Shown: positions 30,373-41,201, counted from the first letter of the stretch. The stretch is DNA of 64,000 nucleotides from an uncultured Methylomirabilota bacterium (GCA_963845565.1 CAWJSJ010000001.1:736001-800000), one strand, 5' to 3'. Notes: generated from the letters alone by a model not told the origin. Numbers and translations: made by a program.

Positions 30373-31244
30373 GCCGCGCCTCAGGTCGAGCCACCGGCGC
30401 GTCGCCGTGGGAGGACGCACTGCGCCGGCTGCGTCGGAATCGCTTGGCGATGCTGGGGCTGGGCATCCTGCTGGGGTTCGTGGTGGCCGCCGCGCTCGCG
30501 CCCTGGATCACGTCGTACGCCTACGACAAGACCAACCTGCCGTACGGGGCGAGGCCGCCCACCCGGGCGCATCTGTTCGGCACGGATGAACTGGGACGGG
30601 ACCTGCTGACGCGGATCCTCTACGGCGCGCGGATCTCGTTCGCCGTGGGCATCCTGGCAACGACGGTCAGCCTGACCATCGGCGTCACCTATGGGGCCAT
30701 CGCCGGATTCCGAGGGGGGCGCGTGGATCACGCGATGATGCGCGTCGTGGATATCCTGTACGGGCTCCCGTTCATGTTCTTCGTGATCCTCCTGATGGTT
30801 TTCTTCGGCCGAAACATCCTCAATCTTTTCATCGCCCTGGGGGCCGTGCAGTGGTTGACGATGGCGCGCATCGTCCGGGGCCAGGTCCTGAGCCTGCGGA
30901 CTCGGGAGTTCGTCCTGGCGGCGCACGCGATCGGTGCCCCACCCGGGCGCGTGCTGGTGCGGCACCTCTTGCCGAATGCCGTCGGTCCGATCGTGGTCTA
31001 TGCGACGCTGACGGTGCCAGCGATCATGCTCGAGGAGGCGTTTCTGAGTTTTCTTGGGTTGGGCGTACAGCCGCCCATGGCCAGCTGGGGATCGCTGGCG
31101 GCGGAAGGGGCGGCCGCGATGGAGGCCTATCCGTGGTTGATCGTCTTTCCCGGGGCCGCCCTGACGCTGACCCTGTTATCGTTGAATTTTCTGGGTGACG
31201 GGCTGCGCGACGCATGCGACCCCCAACTGAGCGGACGGCACTGA
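30369..31244 (+). CDS. oppC: Oligopeptide ABC permease
   Basis: FGTDELGRD, EAFLSFLGLG and GDGLRDA.DP. Confidence 0.9.
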   Translation: MSRASGRATGASPWEDALRRLRRNRLAMLGLGILLGFVVAAALAPWITSYAYDKTNLPYGARPPTRAHLFGTDELGRDLLTRILYGARISFAVGILATTVSLTIGVTYGAIAGFRGGRVDHAMMRVVDILYGLPFMFFVILLMVFFGRNILNLFIALGAVQWLTMARIVRGQVLSLRTREFVLAAHAIGAPPGRVLVRHLLPNAVGPIVVYATLTVPAIMLEEAFLSFLGLGVQPPMASWGSLAAEGAAAMEAYPWLIVFPGAALTLTLLSLNFLGDGLRDACDPQLSGRH

Positions 31245-31253
31245 GGGGGGAGG

Positions 31254-31326
31254 CCGACAGGTCCCGGCTGGGAAACCCGAACGGCATTTTTTTCATGTTG
31301 AACTGTCTGTTCGGCGATGCTAGACT
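31254..31326 (+). promoter_or_regulatory. Possible terminator after oppC, followed by a sigma70 promoter for the ATPase pair
   Basis: GC-rich stem plus a T7 run, then TTGAAC-17 bp-TAGACT with an extended TG. Confidence 0.45.
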
Positions 31327-31362
31327 GCCCCCGCTTCTTGGCCGTCACAATAAGGACAAGGC

Positions 31363-32358
31363 ATGAGCCAGACCGCTGCGACCGACAACGGAATCCTGCT
31401 GGACATCCAAGAGTTGCAGACACACTTCATCACCGACGCGGGAACCGTGCGCGCCGTGGACGGGGTGAGTCTCACGGTACGCCGGGGGGAAACCCTGGGG
31501 ATTGTCGGGGAATCGGGGTGCGGGAAGAGCGTGACGGCCCTGTCCGTGCTGCGCCTGATCCCCAATCCGCCCGGTAAGGTGGTCGGAGGCCGGATCTTGT
31601 TAGACGGGCGGAACCTGTTGGAGCTGCCCGAGAACGAAATGCGGAAGGTGCGGGGCGCATCGATCTCCATGATCTTCCAGGAGCCGATGACCTCCCTGAA
31701 TCCCGTCTTCACGGTGGGCGACCAGATCGCCGAGGGGATCCGGCTGCACCAGAAGCTTTCCAAGCGCGACTCCTGGGCCAAGGCGATCGAGATGCTGCGC
31801 TTGGTCCGCATTCCCGACCCCGACCGCCGGGTGAAGGAATATCCGCATCAGATGTCGGGGGGCATGCGTCAGCGCGTGATGATCGCCATGGCGCTCTCCT
31901 GCAATCCGCACCTGCTGATCGCCGACGAGCCGACGACCGCCCTCGACGTCACCATCCAGGCGCAGATCCTGGAACTCCTGAACCAGCTGAAGGAGAAACT
32001 GGGGATGGCCGTGATGTTGATCACCCACGACCTCGGGGTGGTGGCGGACACGGCGGCGCGCGTGGCCGTGATGTACGCGGGGCGCGTCGTGGAAGAGGCG
32101 CCGGTCCTCGACCTGTTCACCAACCCGCGCCACCCGTACACGCAAGGGCTGTTGGCGTCGATCCCCCGCATCGAGAAGTCGGAGCGGCGGCCGCGGCTCC
32201 AGGCGATTCCGGGCATGGTGCCGGATCTGCTCGACTTGCCGCAGGGGTGTAAGTTTCAAGCGCGCTGCACCAAGGTCTTCGACGCGTGTCGCGGAGCCGA
32301 GCCGCCGCTCAAAGTGGTGGGGTCGGCGGAGCACCGCGTCCGTTGCTGCCTCTATTGA
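31363..32358 (+). CDS. oppD: Peptide ABC ATPase
   Basis: [29 protein letters not shown] and C-terminal Cys. Confidence 0.92.
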   Translation: MSQTAATDNGILLDIQELQTHFITDAGTVRAVDGVSLTVRRGETLGIVGESGCGKSVTALSVLRLIPNPPGKVVGGRILLDGRNLLELPENEMRKVRGASISMIFQEPMTSLNPVFTVGDQIAEGIRLHQKLSKRDSWAKAIEMLRLVRIPDPDRRVKEYPHQMSGGMRQRVMIAMALSCNPHLLIADEPTTALDVTIQAQILELLNQLKEKLGMAVMLITHDLGVVADTAARVAVMYAGRVVEEAPVLDLFTNPRHPYTQGLLASIPRIEKSERRPRLQAIPGMVPDLLDLPQGCKFQARCTKVFDACRGAEPPLKVVGSAEHRVRCCLY

Positions 32359-32373
32359 GCGAAGGAACCGGGC

Positions 32374-33345
32374 ATGCCCACTGAAAAACTGCTCCAGGTG
32401 CGCAACCTGAAGAAGTATTTCGACATCAAGCGCGGCTTCTTTTGGGGGGAACCGGCGAAGGTCCACGCCGTCGACGGCGTCACGTTCGACCTCCTCCGCG
32501 GTGAAACCCTCGGACTGGTGGGCGAGTCGGGGTGCGGCAAGTCGACCACGGGTCGTCTGATCTTGCGTCTCATCGAGCCGACGGCGGGGGAGATCCTGTT
32601 CGAACAGACGCCGATTCTCCAGGCGAGCAAGAGCGAGATGCGCGCGCTGCGCCAGCGGATGCAGATCATCTTTCAGGATCCCTACTCCTCGCTGAACCCC
32701 CGGATGACGGTGGAACAGATCGTGGGGGAGGGGATCGTCATTCACAAACTCTGCAAGACGCGGCAGGAACGGCGAGAGCGCGTCGCCGACCTCCTCCAGA
32801 AGGTCGGCTTGAGCCCGGAGCAGATGCACCGCTACCCCCACGAGTTCAGCGGGGGCCAGCGCCAGCGCGTGGGCATCGCCCGCGCCCTGGCGGTCAACCC
32901 GAAACTCATCATCGCCGACGAACCGATCTCCGCACTCGACGTCTCGATCCAGGCGCAGGTCATCAACCTGCTGGAGGATCTGCAGGATCAATTCAATCTG
33001 ACGTACCTCTTCATCGCGCATGACCTGCGAGTCGTCGAGCACATCAGCGACCGGGTGGCGGTGATGTACCTCGGCCAGATCGCGGAGCTGGCGGATAGCC
33101 AGGAACTGTACGCAAAACCTCTCCACCCCTACACCGAGGCGCTCCTGTCGGCCATTCCCATTCCGGATCCCACCACCAAGCGTCGGCGGCTCATTCTCGA
33201 GGGGGATCCACCCAGCCCGATCAACCCTCCGCACGGGTGCCGCTTTCACACGCGCTGCCACAAGCGGTTCGAGCGGTGCGACAAGGACGAACCGGCGCTG
33301 CGTGAGGTGGCACCTCGACACTGGGTGTCCTGCCACTTGTACTAG
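32374..33345 (+). CDS. oppF: Peptide ABC ATPase
   Basis: [25 protein letters not shown] and GCRFHTRC. Confidence 0.92.
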   Translation: MPTEKLLQVRNLKKYFDIKRGFFWGEPAKVHAVDGVTFDLLRGETLGLVGESGCGKSTTGRLILRLIEPTAGEILFEQTPILQASKSEMRALRQRMQIIFQDPYSSLNPRMTVEQIVGEGIVIHKLCKTRQERRERVADLLQKVGLSPEQMHRYPHEFSGGQRQRVGIARALAVNPKLIIADEPISALDVSIQAQVINLLEDLQDQFNLTYLFIAHDLRVVEHISDRVAVMYLGQIAELADSQELYAKPLHPYTEALLSAIPIPDPTTKRRRLILEGDPPSPINPPHGCRFHTRCHKRFERCDKDEPALREVAPRHWVSCHLY

Positions 33346-33429
33346 CACGCCGCGGCGGCGCGTCCAACACCCCACCCGCGGCGGACCGCCCCTCCGTCCG
33401 ATAGCCCGAAACTCCGGAGGGATATTGCT

Positions 33430-34752
33430 ATGCCAAAACTGAAAGTGATCACCTTTGGGTGCCAGGCGAACGAGCTGGATTCAGCCCGCATTGCCGGTCT
33501 CCTTGCGCATGAAGGCTATAGCCTGACCGAGGACGACGGTGAAGCGGACCTGATCATCCTCAACGGTTGCAGCATCCGGGAGAAGGCCGAACAGAAGCTC
33601 TACAGCAGATTGGGGGCGCTGCAGGTCATGAAACTGCGGCAACCCGGGGTCAGGCTGGGGGTCGCCGGCTGCCTGGCGCAACGCGAGGGTGATGCGCTCT
33701 TGCGTCGGTTTCCCCATCTTGACCTGGTGGTCGGGAATGGGGAACATCTGGCGGAAATCCCGCAACTCTTACGGCGCGAACACGGCCGGCCGGTCGCGGC
33801 CACCGCCGAGCCCGTGGGATTGTTTCCGTCGAACGTGGACGTCCACCGGGACAGCCGATTCCGCGCGTGGGTCGGAATCATGGAGGGGTGCGACAATTTC
33901 TGCGCTTTTTGCGTCGTTCCTTTGACGCGGGGTCGTGAGCGCAGTCGCCCCCCGGACGAGGTCGTGCGAGAAATCGTGGCCCTCCGGGACCGTGGGTATC
34001 GCGAAATCACACTGCTCGGCCAAACGGTGAACTCCTATGGGGCGAAACTGGAACCGCGGGTGTCGTTTGCCGCGCTGCTTCGACGCATCGACGCCGAGGT
34101 CGGAACAGCCATGCGGGTCCGATTCACGACCTCGCACCCCAAAGACGTCACCCCAGACCTCGCCGAGGCGATGCGAACCTTGCCCAGCGTGTGCCCGCAT
34201 ATTCATCTGCCCGTGCAGTCCGGGTCCACCCGGACGCTGGCCCGAATGGAACGCACCTACACGCGCGAGGCGTATCTGGACCGAGTACGCCTCCTCACCA
34301 CGTTCGTTCCCGGATTAGCCATCACCACGGATATTATTGTCGGGTTTCCCGGGGAATCCGACGAAGATTTCCTGGAGACACTCAGCCTCATGCGTGAGGT
34401 GCGCTTCGACGGATCCTTTGCGTTTAAGTTTTCCCCGCGGGCCGGGACCCCCGCGTCAGACTTCACAGACCAGGTCCCGGAGTCCGAAAAAGTTACTCGT
34501 CTCGCGAAGGTCCTCGCACTCCAGGACGAGATCTCGCTCGAGAGGAATCGCGCCTTGATTGGCCACCAGGTTGAAGTTCTGGTGGATCGGGAATTAAGTA
34601 AGCGAGATTCCGGCTTGGCTGCGGGGCGCACCCGGCAGAACAAGATCGTTCATTTCGGCGGCGACGCGGTAGAGGAGGGAACGCTCGCAACCCCCAAGAT
34701 TACAGAGGCGACACCGCATCATTTGAAGGGAGTCCTTATTGCTTCCTCGTAA
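33430..34752 (+). CDS. miaB: tRNA-i6A37 methylthiotransferase
   Basis: TFGCQ.N..DS, CSIREKAE, GCLAQ, CDNFCAFC, HLPVQSG and a TRAM domain. Confidence 0.93.
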   Translation: MPKLKVITFGCQANELDSARIAGLLAHEGYSLTEDDGEADLIILNGCSIREKAEQKLYSRLGALQVMKLRQPGVRLGVAGCLAQREGDALLRRFPHLDLVVGNGEHLAEIPQLLRREHGRPVAATAEPVGLFPSNVDVHRDSRFRAWVGIMEGCDNFCAFCVVPLTRGRERSRPPDEVVREIVALRDRGYREITLLGQTVNSYGAKLEPRVSFAALLRRIDAEVGTAMRVRFTTSHPKDVTPDLAEAMRTLPSVCPHIHLPVQSGSTRTLARMERTYTREAYLDRVRLLTTFVPGLAITTDIIVGFPGESDEDFLETLSLMREVRFDGSFAFKFSPRAGTPASDFTDQVPESEKVTRLAKVLALQDEISLERNRALIGHQVEVLVDRELSKRDSGLAAGRTRQNKIVHFGGDAVEEGTLATPKITEATPHHLKGVLIASS

Positions 34753-34767
34753 CTCATGACAAATGCA

Positions 34768-34796
34768 TTGACATCCGGCTAGGGCGTATTTATCAT
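34768..34796 (+). promoter_or_regulatory. Sigma70 promoter of the SPOR gene
   Basis: TTGACA-17 bp-TATCAT. Confidence 0.6.
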
Positions 34797-34822
34797 ACGA
34801 AACAGTTGGTTGTGGAGGTCTC

Positions 34823-35773
34823 ATGGCTAGGTTCAGCTTTGGCAAGCGAACCACCGATGATGAAGGGATTCCACCCGAGCCAGTTGAAGGAGAGGCGGAG
34901 ATCCAGCCGCCGTCCGAACCGGCTGAATCAGGTGGGAAACCACGGCGTCTCCTGGTCATTGTCGGCATCGGTGCGATCCTGATCGGCGGCCTATATCTGG
35001 CCAACATCCTCTTTTTCTCCACGTCACCCGCGCCGACTCCATCGCGCCAGACGGTTCCGGCGCCCCCGAGTGCGCCTCCCGCATCCCCGGCGCCCACGAA
35101 AGAGGCGGCACCCGCGCCTGCCAGCCCGGGAAAGGCGGAGGTGAAGGCGGACGCAAAGGCGCCGACGCCAGCGAAGGTCGCGGCTGAGCCGACCCCGTCG
35201 GCTAAAGCACCCGCCCCGGCAAAGACCGCTGCGGAACGGACGCCTCCTGCCAAGTCGGCCGTTCCAACTGGCAAGGCGGATATCAAAACGACGTCCAAAG
35301 AACCCCAGAAGACCGCCAAGGGGTTCAGCGTGCAGGTTGGCGCCATGGCGCAGGCGGAAAATGCGGAGGCCCTGAAGCGCAAGCTGGATACTTTGGGGTA
35401 TCAGGCCGTGGTCCGCAAGGGATCCGGCTTTGCCCCGAAGCATGTCGTCACGGTTGGCGATCCGGTCGCCCGGCGTGACGCGGAAGAGCTGGCTCGCCGA
35501 CTGAACGTCGATGGGTTTCCGTCGCAGTTGGCGACCGTGGAAGGAAGATACACGCCGCAGATCGGCTCCTTTGTCAATCTGGACGAGGCGATCGATCTGG
35601 CCCGCGAGCTCCAGAAGAAGAATTATCGACCGAAGATTACTTCGAGCAACACACCGGCCACCACGGTGCTCTTTCAGGTGCGGCACGGACAGTTTGACAC
35701 CCGCGCCGCGGCGGTGACGCGAGGCGAGGAACTCAAGGCGAAGGGTTTTAGTGCGTGGGTTGTTCCCAATTAG
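34823..35773 (+). CDS. Membrane-anchored SPOR-domain cell-division protein (FtsN/DedD-like, multiple SPOR units)
   Basis: One TM helix, a Pro/Ala/Lys linker, then FSVQVGAM..NA..L..KL...G, QIGSF and QVRHG.F....A. Confidence 0.8.
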   Translation: MARFSFGKRTTDDEGIPPEPVEGEAEIQPPSEPAESGGKPRRLLVIVGIGAILIGGLYLANILFFSTSPAPTPSRQTVPAPPSAPPASPAPTKEAAPAPASPGKAEVKADAKAPTPAKVAAEPTPSAKAPAPAKTAAERTPPAKSAVPTGKADIKTTSKEPQKTAKGFSVQVGAMAQAENAEALKRKLDTLGYQAVVRKGSGFAPKHVVTVGDPVARRDAEELARRLNVDGFPSQLATVEGRYTPQIGSFVNLDEAIDLARELQKKNYRPKITSSNTPATTVLFQVRHGQFDTRAAAVTRGEELKAKGFSAWVVPN

Positions 35774-35875
35774 GAGCCGTTACGAAATAACCTATACATC
35801 TCTTTCTATTTCGTTACGGCTCCTTATGCCGTTTCGGAATGTCTCCGTTCAACTAAATCTTTGACAACGGCTTAG
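35770..35875. repeat. ~100-bp double-hairpin repeat, copy 1 (MITE/REP-like)
   Basis: Near-identical to 45691-45787. Internal IR GGAGCCGTTACGAAATA / TATTTCGTTACGGCTCC. Confidence 0.9.
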
Positions 35876-35950
35876 CGCGTCGGCCTCTGCGCCGCGTGTC
35901 CGAATCTGGAGACCATCGGGCGCTCCACACCGAGGAAGGAGGTGACATGA

Positions 35951-36229
35951 GTGACCAAGGCAGATATCGCATCGTTGGTGGCTGAGAAGGGTTTAACCAA
36001 GAAGCAAGCCATGGAAGCCGTCGAGGCGACTCTCGAGATCATCAAGAACGCGCTTCAAGCCGGCGAGAAGATCCAACTGGTTGGGTTCGGGTCGTTCCAG
36101 GTCAAGGCCAAACGAGCCCGGAAAGGTCGGAACCCCCAGACCGGATCCGAGATCACCATCACGGCGCGTAAGGTGTTGAAGTTCAAGCCGGGCAAGGCGT
36201 TGCACCAGACCGTGAACGTCGAGAATTGA
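35951..36229 (+). CDS. ihfA: IHF-alpha/HU-family DNA-binding protein
   Basis: MTKADI, GFGSF and RKGRNPQTG. It sits in the ihfA-merR-tRNA-Pro context. Confidence 0.8.
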   Translation: MTKADIASLVAEKGLTKKQAMEAVEATLEIIKNALQAGEKIQLVGFGSFQVKAKRARKGRNPQTGSEITITARKVLKFKPGKALHQTVNVEN

Positions 36230-36654
36230 CACAGCGACCTATGGCCAGATCTCCGCGCCGTCAACAGGGGCTCGCGGCGGATTCGTCACCTCCACGTGAG
36301 CGGCAACTGGGCGTCAGTGCGGATGCGCCCACGGAGGTGCCGGATCGTCTGTATTTCCGGATCGGCGAGGTCTCGGAGATCACCGGTGTCCCTCCGTACG
36401 TCCTACGCTACTGGGAGAGCGAATTTCCCGCGCTACAGCCCCGCAAGAGCGGTGGCGGCCAGCGGCTGTACCGAAAGCGCGACGTCGTCTTCTTGCTGGA
36501 AATCAAGAAACTGCTGTATCAGGAACGTTACACGGTGGCCGGCGCCAGGAAACGACTCGCCGAACGCGAAGATCGCGCCCGGCGGCTTGAGCTTCGTGCT
36601 GCATTGCAGCGGATTCGAGGCGGGTTGGAGGACATCGTCAAACAGCTTTCGTAG
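36226..36654 (+). CDS. MerR-family transcriptional regulator
   Basis: YFRIGEVS..TGV..YVLRYWESEF..L.P.K..GGQRLY. Confidence 0.9.
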   Translation: MTQRPMARSPRRQQGLAADSSPPRERQLGVSADAPTEVPDRLYFRIGEVSEITGVPPYVLRYWESEFPALQPRKSGGGQRLYRKRDVVFLLEIKKLLYQERYTVAGARKRLAEREDRARRLELRAALQRIRGGLEDIVKQLS

Positions 36655-36698
36655 CGTTTTTCTCCGACCACGCCAAGTACGGAAGAAACCGACCCGGA

Positions 36699-36738
36699 CC
36701 CCTCGGCAACCCAACCCGCTGCCGGGGGGTTGTTTTTT
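36699..36738 (+). terminator. Intrinsic terminator after merR
   Basis: ACCCCTCGGCA...TGCCGGGGGGT stem followed by TGTTTTTT. Confidence 0.65.
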
Positions 36739-36979
36739 CGACGACCGCCGTTCAGACAGGCGCGGAAACTGAGTTCGTGTCGGAGAATTCTGTCCGCCAG
36801 CAGCGGTCTGACCTTGACCGGCGTGTCCGGACTGTGTAGAATGCGTTCGCTTTCGAGTCACCGACGGTCCGTCCCCAGAAAACACGGCGCGGCCAGACAT
36901 TCCCCCAGTCGGCTGCGCAAGGGAGAATCCGGACCGACGGCACTATTCGAAGGCTCGGAATCGATGGCAGGGTCGGTAT

Positions 36980-37056
36980 CGGGGCGTGGCGCAGCCTGGT
37001 AGCGCACTGGCATGGGGGGCCAGGGGTCAGCAGTTCGAATCTGCTCGCCCCGACCA
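36980..37056 (+). tRNA. tRNA-Pro(GGG)
   Basis: Full cloverleaf, anticodon arm CTGGC-ATGGGGG-GCCAG, TTCGAAT and encoded CCA. An upstream TTGACC-17-TAGAAT promoter lies near 36814. Confidence 0.96.
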
Positions 37057-37138
37057 ATTTCTGGTGTGACCTTCCCTCGACATCACGGGTTGGTTTTTTC
37101 CGTTCGTGCCGCACGCGCCGGGCGGCACAGGGAGGACT

Positions 37139-37921
37139 ATGGGACCGGCGGAACGCCCGCTTATCTTGGTTTCCAACGATGACGGGATCCGATCGGCAGG
37201 TTTGCGGGCGCTCGCGGAGAGTCTGGCATCGGTGGGGGAGGTCGTGGTCGTTGCCCCCGATCGGGAGCGCAGCGCGACCGGACATTCCCTGACGCTGACG
37301 AGGCCGCTCCGCGTCACCGCGGTCGATCAAGGTTGGTATAGCGTCGACGGAACCCCTACCGATTGCGTGATGCTGGCGGTCATGGAACTCCTGCCTCGCA
37401 GGCCGCAGTTGGTCGCCGCAGGCATCAATCACGGTTCCAATATCGGAGACGACGTTACCTATTCCGGGACGGTCGCTTCGGCGATCGAGGCCACGCTCCA
37501 GGGTATCCCGGCTTTCGCCATTTCTGTGGCGGGCAACGGCACCTTCGATTTTGAGGTCGCCGGAACGTGCGCGCGGCGTGTGGCGGAGGAGGTCTTGCGG
37601 CGCGGCCTTCCGCGCGACACGCTGCTCAACGTGAACGTACCCGCCCTACCACATGACGACGTGCGGGGGTGGAAGGTCACGCGGCAGGGCCGCCGTGTGT
37701 ACAGCGAGACGGTGGTTCGAAAGATCGATCCGCGGGGGCATACCTATTACTGGATCGGAGGCGCCGCGGCGTCGTGGGAACCGGGCGGGGAGACGGACCA
37801 TGAAGCGGTTGCCGCAGGGTGGGTTTCTGTCACGCCGTTGCATCTCGACCTGACGAACCACCGCGCGCTGGCCGAAATCCGGGATTGGGGCCTCTCGAAG
37901 AACGGCGCTTCGTCCGGATGA
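37139..37921 (+). CDS. surE: 5'/3'-nucleotidase SurE
   Basis: SNDDG, GTPTDCV, GINHGSN and YSGTV. Confidence 0.95.
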   Translation: MGPAERPLILVSNDDGIRSAGLRALAESLASVGEVVVVAPDRERSATGHSLTLTRPLRVTAVDQGWYSVDGTPTDCVMLAVMELLPRRPQLVAAGINHGSNIGDDVTYSGTVASAIEATLQGIPAFAISVAGNGTFDFEVAGTCARRVAEEVLRRGLPRDTLLNVNVPALPHDDVRGWKVTRQGRRVYSETVVRKIDPRGHTYYWIGGAAASWEPGGETDHEAVAAGWVSVTPLHLDLTNHRALAEIRDWGLSKNGASSG

Positions 37922-37967
37922 TCCGAGATCACAAACGGGACTAAAGGCTTTTCTTCTTGGGGGGCGT

Positions 37968-38642
37968 GTGGTACCCTCTGAATATACTGGTCTCGGAGAG
38001 TACGGCCTCTCGCGCGGGCGCATGGTGGCCGAACAGTTGGAGCGGAGAGGAATCCGAGACCCGCGGGTGTTGCGCGCGATCACCAAGGTTCCGCGGCATC
38101 AGTTTGTGGACGAAGCGTTGGTTGGCCGCGCGTACGGGGATTACCCGCTGCCCATCGGCGAAGGGCAGACGATCTCGCAACCCTATATGGTCGCACTCAT
38201 GACGGAAGCGCTGCAACTCGCCGGTCATGAGCGCGTGCTCGAGATTGGAACCGGATCTGGATATCAGACGGCGATTCTGGCGGAGTTGTGTGGTAAAGTC
38301 TTCACCATCGAGCGACTGAAGGGACTTGCAGACCGAGCGATTCGGCGACTGGACCACCTGGGGTATTTCAACGTTTTGTCCCGAGTCGGCGATGGGTCGC
38401 TCGGGTGGCGGGAGGAGGCGCCGTTCGACGCCGTTTTGGTCGCCGCCGCCGCACCCGATGTCCCGCCGGCCTTGATCGATCAGTTGCATCCGAAAGGCCG
38501 ACTGGTTTTGCCGGTGGGCGACGTTCATAGCCAGGTTTTGCGGAAAGGCGTCCGAGAAGACGCGGGCATGGAGTGGAGCGATCTCGGGGGATGTGTGTTC
38601 GTCAAGCTCATCGGCCAGCAAGCGTGGCCGACCGGCGTCTGA
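37968..38642 (+). CDS. pcm: Protein-L-isoaspartate O-methyltransferase
   Basis: [22 protein letters not shown] and GDGSLGW; follows surE. Confidence 0.95.
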   Translation: MVPSEYTGLGEYGLSRGRMVAEQLERRGIRDPRVLRAITKVPRHQFVDEALVGRAYGDYPLPIGEGQTISQPYMVALMTEALQLAGHERVLEIGTGSGYQTAILAELCGKVFTIERLKGLADRAIRRLDHLGYFNVLSRVGDGSLGWREEAPFDAVLVAAAAPDVPPALIDQLHPKGRLVLPVGDVHSQVLRKGVREDAGMEWSDLGGCVFVKLIGQQAWPTGV

Positions 38643-38692
38643 CGGCAACCTCCAGAATCCGAGATGAGCGAGTAGGGCAAACGGGAGCAGCA

Positions 38693-38772
<80 letters not shown>

Positions 38773-38782
38773 CAACTACCCG

Positions 38783-38822
38783 AAAGAAAGGCCTCGGAGA
38801 GAACCTCCGGGGCCTTTTCTTT
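38783..38822. terminator. Bidirectional terminator
   Basis: AAAGAAAGGCCTCGGAG / CTCCGGGGCCTTTTCTTT between the convergent tRNA and lipoprotein gene. Confidence 0.75.
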
Positions 38823-38825
38823 GAG

Positions 38826-39755
38826 TCACTCCGGGACTGCGTTAGTCGCCGTCATGAGGAACGCCAGGACTTCAGGACTGGCGGCCGCCTGAAACGCCAG
38901 GTCCGCAGCGCCGAGTTGGAGGTAGTTGGAACTGGACATCCCGCCCTGCTCCTTCCCGGCCGATGAGCGAAAGCGGAAGGTCCGTGTCGTCTGGGTGGGC
39001 ACGTGGATGACATCCAAAACCAACTCGGACGCCGCGGAAGGATTGGGCGACGCCCCCAGCTTTGTCCGCAGGAGCACTGTTGCGTCGCTCGTGGCCGCGG
39101 GGGGTTGCTGTTGGGGACCGTTCACGTGGGGAAACCGGCGCGCCAGCTCATCGCGCAGCACGACCCCGAGCATGGCATGGGCCGCTTTGACGGCCTCCAA
39201 TGCAGCGAAGCGATTGCTCCAACCCCAATCGCCCGTCGCGACCTCGGGGTCGTCTGTGCCCTGGATGATCAGCACCCGCGCCTCAGTCCGGAGGCGAATG
39301 TTACTGGGGTCAAAGGTGAAGGTCCGGTGGCCGACAGCCGTCCCGCCCAAAGTCACCTCGACCCGCCAGAGCCCGGCGAGACGCTGGGCGTCCTCCGCCG
39401 ATGGGAGGAGAAGAAAGCGCTCTCCCGTCATCCACAGAGACTGCCTTGCCTCGAAGCTACGGTGGCGCTCCTCGCGGAGGTTCCCCGAGGGTGTCCGGAG
39501 GGCGATCACCGCCTCGTATTTGCCTGGCCCAGGCAGTCCCCATTCCAGGTACACCCAGACGTACCGGTCCGAGGAAAAGAAGGGATCGCGCCCCGCCGTG
39601 CGATATCGCTCGCCCGGCTTCGGTTGCGTCGCGTACAGGTCGATGCCCCGCAGGGGGCCGCTGAAAACCCCGGCCGCTCCAGGGAGCGGCGGCGTGGCGC
39701 AGGCCCCCAGCAGCAACAGAAGGCAGAGAACCCCGCCAAGCAGGTGGATTGCCAT
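38826..39755 (-). CDS. Hypothetical lipoprotein
   Basis: GGAG then [19 protein letters not shown] lipobox; beta-rich N-terminal half. Confidence 0.65.
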   Translation of the reverse strand: MAIHLLGGVLCLLLLLGACATPPLPGAAGVFSGPLRGIDLYATQPKPGERYRTAGRDPFFSSDRYVWVYLEWGLPGPGKYEAVIALRTPSGNLREERHRSFEARQSLWMTGERFLLLPSAEDAQRLAGLWRVEVTLGGTAVGHRTFTFDPSNIRLRTEARVLIIQGTDDPEVATGDWGWSNRFAALEAVKAAHAMLGVVLRDELARRFPHVNGPQQQPPAATSDATVLLRTKLGASPNPSAASELVLDVIHVPTQTTRTFRFRSSAGKEQGGMSSSNYLQLGAADLAFQAAASPEVLAFLMTATNAVPE

Positions 39756-40136
39756 CGTCGTTATCTCCCGAATGGGGCCAGGTCGCACGGATGGTCCGAC
39801 GTGCCGTCCGTGATGCAACTGCGCGCTCTCGCGGGCGGGCACCGATTCCCGCTGGCCGCGGTTCGCACCGCGTAGCACGCCCGAGAATAGTAGAGACGCC
39901 CCCGCCGACCGGCGGCATTGTCACCGAGGGCGCAGACAAAAACCCGACCCAGGCACACGTTTCGGCTCCCCGAGGCCCGGAGGGTGAAAATATGAGGAAT
40001 GAGCCGAGGTTACGCCTTGCCCCATGCGGCGGTCAATCAGAATCCGAACCTGGGGCTGTGGTGCCCCGCGGTGGGCTGTGGTAACATCCTCCCGCCGTGT
40101 CCGGTGTAATCGACCCAGCAGAGAGGGAGAGAGGCG

Positions 40137-40574
40137 ATGCCGGATAAACCTCGGGGCGCGGGGGTGTTGTTCTACGACAGGCATACGCAGCGTGTGCTGT
40201 TGGTCCGCCGCGATAACACGCCGAGCATTCCCTTCCCCGATCACCTCGACATCCTGGGCGGCCACACGGAGGCGGGAGAGACCCCCGAGGACACCGTCGT
40301 GCGGGAGATCGCAGAAGAACTGGACGATCTGCGCAGCGGCCGCCCTTTTTTCCTCACGGGCCATCGGCTCTTCACGATCTACACGGACGCGCGGGGGGTG
40401 ACCGATTCTGTCTTCTGCAAGGAAGCGGACTTCGACCTTGCCGATGTGCGCCTCAAGGAGGGCCAGGAACTGGTGTGGGTGACCGAAGACGAGGCCCGAC
40501 GCACCCCCCTGGCCTTCGGCTACAACGACATCCTGGCGGAGTTCTTTCCCGCGCTTCGAGCGGGGACGGTATGA
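40137..40574 (+). CDS. Nudix hydrolase
   Basis: Nudix box GGHTEAGETPEDTVVREIAEEL. Confidence 0.9.
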   Translation: MPDKPRGAGVLFYDRHTQRVLLVRRDNTPSIPFPDHLDILGGHTEAGETPEDTVVREIAEELDDLRSGRPFFLTGHRLFTIYTDARGVTDSVFCKEADFDLADVRLKEGQELVWVTEDEARRTPLAFGYNDILAEFFPALRAGTV

Positions 40575-40733
40575 CCCCCCGGACCCCCTCCAGCACTGTA
40601 AGGAGTCGGTAGCGGAAGATCGAGGCGCGGGCCGATTAGGAGCCGCGGAGGTGAGAGTTGCGGGAGGCGGTGGTGTGCGCGATGGTGGCAGAGGGATGAT
40701 CACGAGCTACCATGAGGCTTTCCCAGTTTCCCC

Positions 40734-40762
40734 TTGACATACAGATACCTATAGGTAACAAT
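40734..40762 (+). promoter_or_regulatory. Promoter with a palindromic operator upstream of the XRE gene
   Basis: TTGACA-17 bp-AACAAT with perfect palindrome TACCTATAGGTA (40746-40757) overlapping the spacer. Confidence 0.6.
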
Positions 40763-40766
40763 AGGC

Positions 40767-40973
40767 ATGTACCCATTACAGCGAAGACTTATCGTGAAGA
40801 TCAAGCAACTCAGAGCAGAGCGAGGGTGGACTCAGGACACCCTGGCCGCCAAGGCCGGACTCGCTCGCGCGTACATCGCGCGCTTGGAGATCGGCCGCCA
40901 CGATCCGAGCCTCAGCACGCTGGCGAAGTTGGCGAAGGCGCTCAAAGTAACGGTGGGGGAGTTGGTGGAATAG
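40767..40973 (+). CDS. XRE/Cro-C1 HTH regulator
   Basis: IKQLRAERGWTQDTLAAKAGLARAYIARLEIG..DPSLSTLAKLAKAL. Confidence 0.9.
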   Translation: MYPLQRRLIVKIKQLRAERGWTQDTLAAKAGLARAYIARLEIGRHDPSLSTLAKLAKALKVTVGELVE

Positions 40974-40994
40974 TGGGGAATGACGAGAGGGGAC

Positions 40995-41201
40995 ATGATG
41001 GAAAACACGCTGTTCGCGCGAATGACCGGATGGGAAGTCTGGGTTGGAAAGTTTCAGTTCGATCAGTGGGATGCGTTTGTGCGGACAAAGGCCGTACGGA
41101 CGTCGCGTGACGATGAACTCGTGCCCGGCGGGCCTTTCTCCACTCGTCCGCAGGCCGGGCAGGCGGGCATTGCCTACGCTGGCACGCGAACGCGACCCTA
41201 A
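40995..41201 (+). CDS. Small hypothetical protein
   Basis: ORF with a GAGGGG RBS directly after the XRE gene; no recognisable motif. Confidence 0.35.
   Translation: MMENTLFARMTGWEVWVGKFQFDQWDAFVRTKAVRTSRDDELVPGGPFSTRPQAGQAGIAYAGTRTRP

Noticed and set aside
8922..33375. Long antisense ORFs (e.g. 8922-10574, 15554-17707, 20266-22413, 31600-33375)
   Set aside because: They are shadow frames of well-supported genes in high-GC DNA and have no recognisable motifs.
36845..36979. Separate ncRNA upstream of tRNA-Pro(GGG)
   Set aside because: It has some pairing potential but no recognisable family, so a tRNA precursor leader is the simpler explanation.
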